Source: Selaginella moellendorffii (Eukaryota; Plantae; Lycopodiophyta). Taken from it: DNA of 64,000 bases. The notes under the pieces are model-generated. The model had not been told where the DNA came from, did no database searches, and saw nothing but the letters and a program-made list of their open reading frames with translations. The stretch is taken from assembly GCF_000143415.4 (NCBI RefSeq), contig NW_003314264.1, positions 3,295,710 to 3,359,709 on the forward strand, in the 5' to 3' direction. Below, in pieces: positions 10,811 through 24,075 of the stretch (positions are counted from its first letter, which is position 1; the number at the start of each line of letters is the position of its first letter). A program made the position numbers and the translations under genes.

Positions 10811-13800
10811 CCGGTCTTGGTCTCAGTCTTGACTTCGGACTCCATCTCGGACTCCATCTCGGACTCCATCTCGGACTCCGTCTCGGACTCCATCTCGGGT
10901 CCATCTCGGGTCCATCTCGGACTCCATCTCGGACTCCATCTCGGGTCCATCTCGGACTCCATCTCGGACTCCATCTCGGGTCCATCTCGGGTCCATCTCG
11001 GACTCCACTTCGGACTCCAACTCGGGTCCATCTCGGGTCCACCTCGGACTCCACTTCGGACTCCAACTCGGGTCCATCTCGGGTCTACCTCGGACTCCAC
11101 TTCGGACTCCATCTCGGACTCCATCTCGGGTCCATCTCGGACTCCACTTCGGACTCCAACTCGGGTCCATCTCGGACTCCACTTCGGACTCCAACTCGGG
11201 TCCATCTCGGACACTCCCACGTGTCATGTGTTGGTCCTTTTGGGTCCCTTTTTGGAGCCTTGCCTTTTGCTCGCTTCGTGCTCGTTCCTCGAGCACTTCG
11301 TTGGGAGTTCCACTCCCGCTCTTGACTTTTCAAGTCGGAGCTTTTGGTCCAAACGTGTTACGCTCGTTTGGCTCTCGCTTCGGCCACTACCATGTGGCGC
11401 CCCTCTGGCTCCACTTTGGGGCCTAGGGATTTTGTGTCTCACAACTCCACCACCCATAGACGAAGTTCGATGTCCTCATCGAACGGTAAACCCTTTCATA
11501 AAGTAACACCCACACGTGTTACCATTTCCATCCTTGGCACCTAGCCAATCTTTGTCTATGGTTTGACACCAAAGGCTCACCATGCCTTGTCCATCCTTTA
11601 AGGAGCGTAGTCTCTACAACTTAGAGACTGATTGGACCACATGTAATGGTTCTCTCCTTTTATTGGTTTAGTTCTCGCTAAACCTCTTAGAGACCCTTCT
11701 CTAAGTCAATCCCACTACTCCTTCTCGAGTAGTCTCAATTTCTATCGATATAACCTTTGCACTTTGGAACTTTGAATTTTGACTTCTTGGAGTCAATTTC
11801 CTAGGTGTCTCCGACACCTTGCCTTGCACCTTTTGTGCAACTCCACTTCCCATCTTAGGAAGTTCTCTACTCGAGGGCACCATCATCCTCTCTTCTATTT
11901 CGTGCCAAAGTTCCAGTTATCATACTTTGTGCTAGGGCTGTTCATGGCCCTATCATTTGGCTACCTTACCGCTCCCTCCCTTGGAGCTTCCACTTTCGCC
12001 AAATCGGAGCATTTCGGAATCCCTCCTTGGAAACACACTTCCTTTCCCGCAACTTGTTAGCGTCCAACACATTAGTGTTCCTCGCCTAACTTTGTCACTT
12101 GGATTCCTTCCAAGGGATTCCACGGCCCTATCTTGGCCACTCATCTTTTGCTCCTATCCATTGATTGTTGCACCAAGCAACATCGAATCTCTACCTCCCT
12201 CCTTGAGGTATTGTTTCGGTTCCATAGCAAAGACTCTTTTTTGCCAAGTCCGGAGGATGTTCACCCCTAGTACGTCTCTTTAGCATCTTCTGCTATGGGC
12301 TCTATCCACGGCCCAACTTCGTGACCCTCCCATGGGTCTTTTATAGAGACTACTTTCCTCGGACTCACTATGCCATCGCACGGACATAGTTTATTTCCCT
12401 TAGGTGCTCTTCCCACTTGGTCATCACGACCAAGCCACACCACCTTAAACAGTTCAATTTCAACATTTTGAACCAGGAACTTCATTCCTTAGCCAACCAA
12501 GGACCTTGTCCTTATCTGGCCATAAGATCACCTAGTGATCTCACCTTGGCACCTTAACAGAGTTGCCAAGAGGTACTTGGTCTTCTAGACCTTCAAGTTG
12601 TTGACTATAACCCCGGGGGCATCCCCCACACTTGGCGGTGCACCCAAGCTAGCCCTTACAGCCAAGGGTTCATAGCAACTGAGATTAGGTGTCCCCATCT
12701 CACTCACCACGACCTTGGTGCCACTTGCACCAAAGTGTTCAAGTTAGATATGCTGAGCTTTCACACTAAGCAATCTAACCGTGCATCACGACTCCGAGGC
12801 ATCCCTCGCTTGGCGGTGTGCCCAAACCAGTCTCCCCACTGAGAGTCCATGACCACCGAAATATGAGTGTCCTCATATTCCAAACCATCACCACGCCCTA
12901 GTGATTTGGGACTCGAACCCAAGCACTAGAGGGTCGGGACTCGAACCCAACCTCCGTATATGCATCTACGGACGGCATCACACAAGATGCCTGGCGTGAC
13001 TCCCCACGCCGGTGCACCAACTTATTTTTAAAGCGCGCTACAGATCACAGCTTAGGAACCTAGTTCCTCCACACTGCCAAGTCCTCTCACTTGACATGTC
13101 TGTGATCATGCATGGACTCCTCCATGCTCGGCCCCATGGCCCACCCTTTTTGAAGTTATCACCTTCAACTAGGGTATTTGTTCCCCCGACGTGCCAATCT
13201 CGCTTGGCAAGTCCTCCGACCACTGTAACATGGTTCCTGCATAAACGTGAAAGTCCTTGACCATGGACTTTCGTTCAAAGCCCTCTCTTTGAACACTCAA
13301 GAACTACTTCCCTAACCTTGATAGCCTTGCCTCATGGCAAGCTTCAAGACCACGCTTCTGCTGCGCCACTCTGATTTCGCGCATTCCATGAACCATTTAC
13401 ACTTGGCCTTTCTAGGTACTAAGCTACCTAGAATTGTCTTTGGGAACCTTGAAGGAACTCTGTCCCTCGGCTTGCTAAGGCCTCCCTTTTTGCAAGCCTT
13501 CCAAATGCCACATAGTCTAACATGGACAATTCCATATTTTAGACTCTCCATGGCATCACGGTTGCTAGCGGCAACACCCTCGAGCCCCCACTTGATTCTC
13601 CACTCCCAGCTGGCATAACCAACCTTGGTTATGCCCTTTGATTCCTACGGTTCGGTTCTATCCCCTTACTTCTTGCTTTTTGGCTTCACACCTTTCCTTT
13701 GGTCATTCTCCTCCAGACCAGGAGGATAGCTTTGCACTTTCTATCATGCTTTAGCAAGTATTCTTAGGGATGAACCTACCCAATAGCCTAGGGAGTGGTT

Positions 13801-16611
13801 CCTCAATCCAGGTATGCTCACCCTATAATCCCACACACTGGGATTACATTGTTGCTTATGGGCCTTTACATGCCCATCACTAGCCTTGCCAAAATTCCAT
13901 TTTTGGCTTTGTCCAACTCGGGTAAACAGTCCTCTCCTGTCTCCGCAACCTTGGACATTTGGATAGCACCTTCTATCCATCATTCGCTAGGGACTTAGTC
14001 CCTTGGGCTTTATCCATTGCCCTCGCGACATCAAACACCACCTTCTGGTGTTCTAGAGTGTTCGGGTGTCCCAATGATGGCTTTCTTGACAATGAGTATT
14101 TCCTTTTATGACATTGACTTACTATATCGCAACACAAGCAACTTATCCCCCGTAAGGGTATATCCAACTTCCCTATGTTATTAAGAAGTCTTGGGTAGCT
14201 ACCTTCTACCCGTTTAACCAGTTATTCTGCACCTCTTGCTTAGTTGCCTCATAGTTGTCAAGTCCTACAACTCATTGCTTGGTGCTTCCACACCTCCATC
14301 ATTATCTGGGTCACCACACTCCAACTGCATGCTCTGCAGCTTAGGCTATGCCATTTCCATTTCCATTGAGATTCCTTTGGCAAGGGGTTCTCATGAACCC
14401 ACGAACATAGCCTCAAGGTATCACACCTTGGCACATTTGGTGTCTCCACACCATCGGCTCCTCGAGCCTACCTCTATGACACTTCCCCTTTGTGTCTAAG
14501 TCTTTGCCAAGACCAACACCGCTCTTTCTCATGCCAACCATCCGTTAGCACTGCACCATAGAGGTCACACACAACTTTGTGTCAAAGTTGTTTTCTTCTG
14601 GGAACACCTTTCCCATAACTTTAGCATGGCACATTTTGCCATTGATGAGATACCCTCTGTTCTCATCCTTGGATCTTATGATCCCCCCCCATCCTTTGTG
14701 GGGTACAACACACCTCAGTCCAAATGCTTCCATCAGTCCTTTTAGGACCATCTGTTGACTCTACTTGAGTCATCCAGCAGTTTTGGACTTGGTTAATCCA
14801 CAGACCCGTAAGGTCCTACTTGTGAGGCACTAGCTCACTGGAATACACTTCTTGCATTCCTGTCCTACTCAAAAGGACTATTTTCACAAGTGTTGCTCCG
14901 ACACTTGATTTTCTTCTCTGGGGGCAACCTTTGCCCCTTAGGACTACTTGTCCATGTGATGAGAACACCAACTCATCCACTTAATACACCCCCAACTCCT
15001 TGGGTTGTTCCAGCATTTTTTTTTTTTAGAGGTAGCCCCAGCTACCTTTTCAAGGACTTGAGTCCTCTTCCGTATTTGACCTCCCACGGTCATTACTTCT
15101 GGTCTCACATTCATGAGCACCAACCTCAACTATATGAGGAAAATCTTGTGACTCCTTTATTGCTTTGGAGACTTTATCTTTCCCGTGATCCCAACTGTAG
15201 TTGTTTACCACAACTACATTAGCCAGTTTGCTAAGTCAAACGCTCATCTGGATCACACCCTCAACTCTTTGAGGAAAACCATATACTGTTCCCAAGATCC
15301 CAAAGTCGTTCCATTATTGGCCCTTTTCTATCCACCACCTCGTCTACAAGTTCACACATGAACTGTAATGGAGAGCCATGTCTTCCCGACTTGCTACTCC
15401 TCAAGGATAGGCCCACTCCTCGGACCTTCCGATGCCAACACTAGTGGTGATATACTTGAGCACCAATAAAAGTCGGACTAAGGAACAGCTCCGATACCAA
15501 ATTGTAAGCGACTAAATTTTCCATTCTACTTTAGTCACTTAACCACACCTCTGACCACTTGGAGGAGTCTCATTCACAACCTCCATAAGTCCAATCCAGG
15601 ACTTGGGACTTGCTAGCCCCGAGAATGGCATCCATGCCACTCAACATTTGCACTTGGTCCAAGTGCTCCACGTGTCCGATCCCATGACCGACACTCAAAG
15701 GTACCACCGACATAGCAGCCCGTTACGCTAAGGCCATGCCCAATCACCTTTGCCACACTGGTAGTCCAATACCACTTGCATCACCGTCTTGGCTCTCCAA
15801 GACTAGGCAAACCATCCGTGAGTGGTCATCTCAGATCCACTCCTTAGCATCCTTAGGATGCCCACCGACAAGGGGAATAGCCTTCCCCAATATCCCTCTG
15901 TCAGTCCCCACTAAGTCCCTTTCTGCCCCTGGCCGTGTTTGCCAACACTGCCACTGGATCGAGACCCACAGGCCCGACCACTAAGTCCCACGGTCCTCTG
16001 GGACTTCCTCACCACACGACTGTGTCCTTGGTCACTACCCCAGAGGACTGCTCCTCTTCCTTTCCACAGTCTGGGCCTTTGGGACAACATTTCGGAACAC
16101 CGTGGCCTTACGCGAGCCACCGGGGTACTCTCCTCGCCTTCTGCCCTTGGGTGCTCTAGCCATGGGCTTAGAGCGAGGTTCCGTTGAGCCACGACAGGTG
16201 TCCAAGTAGGTAGTGCCACCCACACTTGGACTGGGAGCATCGGCCAGTCGATCTCCCGGGGGAACTAGAGCCGGCTCTTGAACACTTCACCAAGCTACCC
16301 CACTTGTCGGTCCGTGTTCACTCTAGTCTTGGACTTCCCAGTGGGCAGCTCATCACCCAACACTGGGTCCGGCCTTCCTGGGCCAAACTGGCCTTTCCTG
16401 GCCAAACTGGCTCCACTGCAGTCCTCCCCCTACTATACTTTTGGAGCTCACCAAACCCCCCAGGGTCTGGGAGACGAACGCTTTGGGCTTTCACCCTCTC
16501 AGGCTCCGGACTCGGACTCGGACTCGGACTCGGACTCGGACTCGGATTCGGACTCGGACTCGGGCTCGGGCTCGGTCTTAGCCTCGGCCTCGGTCTCAGT
16601 CTCGGTCCCGA

Positions 16612-16643
<32 letters not shown>

Positions 16644-17241
16644 CCGGTCTTGGTCTCAGTCTTGACTTCGGACTCCATCTCGGACTCCATCTCGGACTCC
16701 ATCTCGGACTCCGTCTCGGACTCCATCTCGGGTCCATCTCGGGTCCATCTCGGACTCCATCTCGGACTCCATCTCGGGTCCATCTCGGACTCCATCTCGG
16801 ACTCCAACTCGGGTCCATCTCGGGTCCACCTCGGACTCCACTTCGGACTCCAACTCGGGTCCATCTCGGGTCCACCTCGGACTCCACTTCGGACTCCAAC
16901 TCGGGTCCATCTCGGGTCTACCTCGGACTCCACTTCGGACTCCATCTCGGACTCCAACTCGGGTCCATCTCGGACTCCACTTCGGACTCCAACTCGGGTC
17001 CATCTCGGACACTCCCACGTGTCATGTGTTGGTCCTTTTGGGTCCCTTTTTGGAGCCTTGCCTTTTGCTCGCTTCGTGCTCGTTCCTCGAGCACTTCGTT
17101 GGGAGTTCCACTCCCGCTCTTGACTTTTCAAGTCGGAGCTTTTGGTCCAAACGTGTTACGCTCGTTTGGCTCTCGCTTCGGCCACTACCATGTGGCGCCC
17201 CTCTGGCTCCACTTTGGGGCCTAGGGATTTTGTGTCTCACA
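9659..17241 (-). mobile_element. Element A: young non-autonomous LARD-like LTR retroelement (7583 bp)
   Basis: 3' LTR 9659-11443 and 5' LTR 15503-17241 are nearly identical outside the repeat array. TSD AAGAG (9654-9658 / 17242-17246). PBS reverse complement GCTCCGATACCA 15488-15499, PPT next to 11443. The 4-kb interior has no long ORF. Confidence 0.95.
10660..11215. repeat. Compound micro/minisatellite in LTR: (CTCGGA)n, (CTCGGT)n, then CCATCTCGGACT / CCATCTCGGGT units
   Basis: Directly visible. Equivalent arrays at about 16505-17010, 43820-44187, 45300-45765 and 51020-51620 differ in unit number. Confidence 0.95.
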
Positions 17242-17246
17242 AAGAG

Positions 17247-18754
17247 GAGGTCGAGAAAGGGCATCAGCATCAACCATAGAACTCCCTGGGCGATGAACAA
17301 CATCAAAATTATATATCTAAAGCTTCAAAGCCCACCGAGCAGTACGACGAACCAGGTTCTTCCGCTTCAATAACGAAGTAACGGCAGCATGGTCACCTTC
17401 AAGTAACGTCCGAGAACTATGTAGATATGCATGAAGTTTCTCGAAACCCCAAATTGCCGCTAAACACTCCTTCTCTGTTGTAGAGTAGTTCACTTCTGCT
17501 GGTTGTAATGTATGGTTTATATATGCAATGGGATGATGCTGACCAGGCACACTCGAGCTTTCTTGCATCAACACACCTCCAAGACCAATATCAGAAGCAT
17601 CGACGCACAAAATAAAAGGTCGAATGTAGTCAGGATATGCCAAAACCGGAGGAGTCGTTAATAGCTCTTTGAGATTCACAAACGCTTGCTCACAATCTAA
17701 AGACCAGATGAAAGATGACATTGATGACTTTAGCAACGCTCGCAACAGTGCAGTGTGATCAGAAAGATGATCCACAAAACGACCAAGATACTGCACCTTG
17801 CCCAGGAAGCGCTGCACATCATTCACACACTTCGGAGTAAGGAACTTTAGAACGGCTATAAGTTTGTCAGGATCAACTTGCAAACCTTCATGAGAAATAT
17901 GGTACCCAAGATAAGTTGTGTCCTTGGATCCAAACACGCACTTTGACCGCTTCAGCTTTAAACCAACGTCCCGTAGCCGATCCAACACTTTACACACATC
18001 ACAAATGTGCTCCTCCCGCGTCCCCTCCAAGTGAATCAAGACATCATCAATGAAGTCAGCAGTCACCTCTGGCATATCACAAAGAACCTTGTCCATCATC
18101 CGTTAGAAAGTTGCTGAAGCATTGTTCAAACCAAACGGCATCACCAAGAACTCGTACAAACCAAATAGTGTACGAAAAGCAATCTTAGAAATATCTTCTT
18201 TGGCCATCGGTACTTGCCAGTACCTAGAAGCAAGATCGAGCTTGATGAACTAACGACTTCGCCCTAGACGATCCAAGAGATCAGCTGTGTGAGGAAGAGG
18301 GTACACATCTGGGATCGTCACTTCATTTAACGGACGATAGTTGTTGCAGAAACGAATACTCCCATCAGGCTTCATCACAAGATGAAGTTCACATGCCCAA
18401 AGACTCCGCGACTTCCGAATAACACCCTTCTCCAACATCTCCTTGACGTTTGCACATAAAATCTTGATCTCCTTGGGTGACCAATGACGAATAGGAACAT
18501 TGATTGGACGAGCATCCCCGGTTGTGAATCACGATGACATGTGGCAATCTTGGCCCCAGAAAATAGGTCAAACTCAAAGAGATCAGAATACTCCTTCATG
18601 AGCCGATCAACAACTGCAACACAAAGATCTTTGGAGGGATCAGAAAAGGGAAGAGCAAAACAAGATGGAAACATAGGAGGAAATAGTGGGGAAATAAAAG
18701 TAATAGAAGCAAAGGTAGAAGTAAAGGGACAAAAAGGTACGCAAGTGAGAGGAG
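17247..18754 (-). mobile_element. Ty3/gypsy reverse transcriptase-RNase H (continuation of the element at 8163-9658)
   Basis: RFCNNYRPLN, YPLP, PFGL, FIDD, YLGY, DASDIGLGGVL, YSTTEKE, ADALSR. The reading frame rejoins the integrase linker across the AAGAG TSD; in-frame stops are present. Confidence 0.92.
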
Positions 18755-18935
18755 TGTAAGCTCCTGAGTTTAGACTTTCCGGGAGGTCACCCCAAACCCA
18801 AGGACGCTTAACCCTAAATATCCCAAGACCCTTAACCAATTGGAAAAGGGGGTGCACTCTTGTTCATGGGCCCTTTTCCTCTATATTTGAACCCCAACGG
18901 ATCGTCTCTCGAGTCGTTCCCTTTGGTTGCTTACA
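18755..18935 (-). mobile_element. Solo LTR of the Cassandra-like TRIM
   Basis: TGTAAGC...GCTTACA ends; colinear with 58374-58568 but with a deletion in the 5S-like segment. Flanks AGGAG / CTTCC do not match. Confidence 0.9.
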
Positions 18936-19399
18936 CTTCCTAGGCATGGTTATGAGTGGATCAACCAAGACTGTAGGGATTAGTCTTGAGGTTTGGTCAA
19001 AGATGAGACTGAAAAGAGAGTTATCAGGGACGAAGGATCAAATATGTAAATCATCTTCTCTTCTTGAAGAGATGATTCGCAACAAGGTGTGACTCATTGC
19101 CTATATTCACATTATGCAATCAAGAGTCCCTATCTTGATGCATGTTGGAAATGATGGTCTTACAAGTGGTAAGTCGTGGGATGGATAGCGGTGAAGCGCT
19201 ATACCATTTTGTCTAGGCTTACTATTGAAGACTTGGGTTGTAATGCTCAATTCTTTTCTAGGAAACCTTGCTATTGCTCCTTTGAGTAGTCTGGTGTTGG
19301 ATTGGTTTTGAGTTTGGTCAGAAAGAGAGTAGTATGAGCTTATCCATGTTTTGAACAAAAGTTAATGGTGTTAAGTGTTGAAAATCTCTATCGGTGGAG

Positions 19400-22300
19400 T
19401 GTGGCATTTATGTTACATTTTGTCAAATTAGGTTAGCACTTGATACTCACATGAACCTTTGAAGCAATGACATTGGCATTGTTCGTGGTGTTGCTTGATT
19501 GATAATCAAGTCATTGTGATACTTATATCATGTGAATAATGTGTTTACGAAGTTGCTTGGTGAAATAATGATTAACCCCAAAGTGGTTGATGGTGAAGCT
19601 AGTCTACTTGCACGTAATAGTATTATAGTAGCTTTTACCAGATTCTTACCAGAATTGAAAGCCTCTAATTGTTTTCTTTAAGAGAGCTTCCTTTGCAGAA
19701 GATTCAAGCTGAAGCCGAGATCAATTAGTCTAGAGAATGTATATCACAATAAGGGTAATTAGATAAAAAAATTCATTCTTCTTGATAATAGTGTGGAAGA
19801 GAATGGAATTCAATGGGATCTTGATAAATGTATAAGTCAAGAAATTCTAGTTATAGGATCTCTGAAGTGAGGAGAAGAGAGTACATCAGTATATGGCCAA
19901 CTATGCAAGGAGTGAAAGATGAAATTGTTATTCTCTCCAATGATGAAAATGAAGAAAATGAGTTTCTCAACATAACTTCCTAGACAAGGAGGTGCATTCC
20001 TTTGGACCAGTTTTTGAAGCAATGGATAAAGCATTTTAACAGTCTTGATCATTACGGCTAGAATTGAAGGAGTTCGAGTACATGAGAGTTAAAGAGCTTC
20101 CATCTTCCTATAATAAAAATATATTCTTTGAATTTCCATTGGCTAATTTGTCAAGTAGGAAGATGGGCATAGAGACACATATAATTGATGTAGGGTAAAA
20201 ACGACCCACTTCCCCTATTTCAACAAATTTATGTTTATAGTCCATTGTGGTGAACAATTTGAATGTGTCGCTAAGAAATACATTTTTGATCATGGCAAGA
20301 ATATGTGTTTTTTTTAAAGGCTCCGCAATCAATCCCCTAGGCATAATGAGGTTGTTATAAGGTTTAAATGTCATAAATGCAAAGTAACACATATGTGTCA
20401 AACATGTTGCAATGCAAGGATGTATTACTTTCTTTCATGGGATGGTTGTTTAGACAAAGCAGTAGTGCATGTTAAACACCACCAACATGTAATAAAGGAA
20501 GGAATCCATTGTGATTCTTTTCACAATTTGAAAGCTACCATTACTATAGAGGTTAGGAAAAAAAGTGCCGCAACTCTAAAATGTGTTCAACAATCTGTAC
20601 TAAAGGACTATATGGTGGATACGTTGCTATAATTTGATAGCAAAAAAGAGTTCATATAGAAAAACTTGAAGGACCTACTTCAAAATATAGAACTTGTGAT
20701 AAATTTAAACAGGTATAAGATTAATATTTAACTCTACTTTATCACTAATAACACACTTTTTTGGCAGAATAAAGAACCGGATGTGAGAAGGGTAAGATAA
20801 AAAGCTTCAATTTGGATTGGATGCAATTTTGGAGCTAAAGAGAAAATGTTCTTATGTAGGAGCTTGTTTGTCAGTCAAGTGACTTTAAACAATCAACACC
20901 TTTTCATCTTAAAAATGTCAACCCTTGGTTTTGCTTCTGGTGTGGACCTTGTATAATAAATGGATATGGATGGAGATAGGGACTTGGCTAATTCCTAGAT
21001 CCATTTTAACCACATGGAATGAGTTTTAGGCTAGTCAACTATAGAAGCCCATGTTTATGATCATAAATAAGTGGTTTTTCATTTTTTAAGAATTCCATAC
21101 CAATTTACATTATACCTATTTCTTCTATAGGTTGTAATATAACTTGACTATAGTTATAGCCAAATTCAAGGTCTAGGGTTGTCAAGCTCAAATTATCTTT
21201 TGGATATATATGTTTGAGGTTGTTAAACAACAAACTGGAAAGAAACCCAACTTCCGTGGTTTCATGGCAAATGTTGATGGTGCTAACTAGTTGGCTATGC
21301 ATTAAGTGTTTGGAGGTGATAAAGTCAACTATTACAAAGTAAAAAGAAGAGTTGTAAGTGTTATTAGGCAAAGAGTGTCAACAAATATTGCTGATACATC
21401 AAATCTAACTTCCATCATAAGTTCAAGCAACTTTGTTGAGAGTGAATTAACACACCAACTAAAAAGGGGCACAAAGCAAAGGCAAATGAAATGTATATAT
21501 TGTAGCGTAAAGGAGAAAAAGTGCTAATTCAACACATTCCATAGATGGAGTGTTAGCTTGCATGGTGGGAAGTTTGAATATTTCAATGGGGCCATTATAT
21601 TTTCTGTATAAGCTTTCTCTCATTTTCTTTCTTGGCACATTCAAATGTTATATTTTTTCTAGGATCAACCATTTGATGATATTGCACTTACACTAACAAT
21701 TAATCTCTCTGAGAGCAAATAATAGAGTTAGAAAGCTTCCAAAGTAGGGAAAGGAAAAGTGTCCCTCTATAAAGCTATGCTCTCCGACCTCACTAGATCT
21801 CTTGAACAGTCATCAAAAGTTTTGGCTGCACAAGAAACAAGGTTTACTGGTATAGGTCTAAACTTAGATAGCATTTGAGAGTGGGTTGGTAAAAGTACAA
21901 TATTAACAACAAGATCAATGTCTAAGATGGTGGAGGAAGTTGTTGTTGGAGCTTCTATGGAATCAAGTTATGAACTACTTGGGGACATGAGGACAACCTA
22001 TATAAAGTGTCAACAAACATTTTATGGGCCCAATATCATTCCTTTCAACTCTCACTATCCAAAGTGTGACTACCATTCTATTCCACAACACCAAAGAAAA
22101 ACTAAGGAATATGGAGTGGAGGAGGTGCTAGTTGTTACACAAGTAAATCCAATGCCATAGGTTGAAAAAGTTATTGTTTCTGAGCTAGTTTTTCATATCA
22201 ACTGGGCAATTCAAAAAGTTAGCACCAAAAGCAATGTGCCTTCCTCTGGAATGATTAGGAGTTGTGGTCAATGTCTTACATTTGTATGCTTAGGTTTGAG

Positions 22301-22900
22301 TTCTTCAGTAGTGCCATGTTTTTAGGGCTATCAAGATCTAAAGGTAAAGGGCTGCTAGTCTTACTATTATAAAATTGATATTACTTATACAAGATGGATC
22401 CACAACTCAATTATTGTGAAGCTAGATTCTGTGCTAGAGGAGTGGCTAGTTAAATGAAGTTACAATCTTTTGAAATAAGAGATTGAAAGTCTGGAGAGAG
22501 CAGGTTTCAAACTAAAAACTTCCTCAAATGTTGCTTTTGATATTGCTATACCACTAATGTCAATATTAGACTGGTATATATGATCAACTAGAAATGGGAA
22601 AGTTGTACAATATAAGTCTTCCATTTCGAAAGGTGTGCAAGAGAAGATCAAGTTAGCAAACGAGTTGAAATGCATAATCATAAAGACAAACTACATTAAT
22701 GTTATAGTTAAGGAGTTTGTTGTTGTGACTAAGTTATTAAAGGGTATAAGTTATACTGTTAGAATTTGTGAAAATCCATTCTGTACTTATCTAAATTTTA
22801 CATAAAGGGAGAACATGAGAAAGGTATATTTAGCCTGCAAGCACATCTAATAAATTTTTATGTAGAAACTAAACCAAAATCGTAAAATCAACTATCATAT
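19400..22900 (+). mobile_element. Highly decayed SWIM-zinc-finger (MULE-like) transposase region
   Basis: 22743-22860 translates as YTVRICENPFCTYLNF...ACKHI, a degenerate SWIM motif (CxC...CxH). The surroundings are AT-rich, CpG-depleted and stop-ridden. Boundaries approximate. Confidence 0.4.
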
Positions 22901-23397
22901 CCACTAAGCAAGCCTTACAGTTGTAGAGTTTTAGAAGTTTTTTTAGATTGCTTTTAGTGTTTAGATCATATTTATATTTGTATTTTATTGGTTAAATTTA
23001 CTTGGAAATATAGATTAAATCAAAATTTGAAAGATGAAAAAATATTGGTTCAAGATAAACCATTTTCTTGTGTTTGCAAAGTCATAAGCTCATAAGCTCA
23101 AAACCTACCTGAGCTCCTTAGTGGGGACCAAAGAAAGGATATTTAAGAAAAGTGTTCCCCATGACTCTAGGCACTTTTAAAGATATTAAGGTGTGGTTAT
23201 GGGATAACCACTTCTAGACGGATGGCTCAGTCTTTAGAAGACAGAATTGTAGCATAAGTGGTTTTGAATTACTAATGAGACAAAGGTGAATGAACATAGT
23301 TTTAGTGTAATGAGTTGATATGCTAATGGTACCTTTAGGTGTTTATAGTGGGATTGGGCACATAGCATTTAGACCAAATGTAAAAGTAAAATGACAT

Positions 23398-24075
23398 TGT
23401 AGTGCATTTTATCTCTCTCCTTTTCAACAAATTAAAAAAGGGTTAGTTGCTTGATGAGAGAGCATTTAGTAGTTATTATATCCCCTACTGTTCTAAGGAT
23501 TCACAATGATAGTATATTCAAATTTCATCCTATAATTATATGCATTACACCCACCCCCCTTCAGAGATATCATCTTTATTGAATATTGGCTAACAATCTC
23601 TATTAAGTTAAGGGGAACTAGCATTTCCATTTTCGCACTAAATCTACTAATCATTCCATTGTATAGACTAAATATTCCATATGAGCCAACTAATCGGTCA
23701 CTCATACCACAATCCCATGATGGGAGCTAACTAGTCATCCACCTGTATCATAGTCCAATAAGTACATTTGTCTATGGGTGCTCCACAAGAAGAAGGATAT
23801 ATGCATGGATGCTTAATATCTACAATTTCAAATTTAGGGGTAGGAATATACCTTGCTCAAGGGTAATTTTATTTTAAGTATTCATTAATCAATGGGAATC
23901 AAACCTATACCATTTACTCTAATACCACATATAACATATTTATCTTTCTTCCCTTAAACCAACTAGAAAAGAGGCACTTGCTTGATGAGAAAGCCCTTAG
24001 TGGCTATTTTATCCCCTAAGATTCCAAGGATTCATAGTGACAGTATATTCAAATCTCATCCCATAAAAAATACAC
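23398..24075 (-). mobile_element. TRIM family 1 copy, degenerate
   Basis: LTR 23398-23549, PPT reverse complement CCACCCCCCTTC, eroded PBS at about 23915-23927, second LTR to about 24075; colinear with 60945-61618. Confidence 0.8.

Noticed and set aside
10381-11506. Long ORFs with SD/GL/RP/ES repeats (also 16226-17224, 43387-46000, 50724-51896) resembling Sdr adhesins or extensins
   Set aside because: They are open in most frames on both strands only because the CTCGGA satellite lacks stop codons. They lie inside LTRs and shift frame between copies.
11701-15222. Short ORFs shared by elements A and B (e.g. MESLKYGIVHV...) as novel proteins
   Set aside because: Conservation is explained by overall DNA similarity of the copies. 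Most neighbouring ORFs are disrupted differently in each copy and no domain is recognisable.
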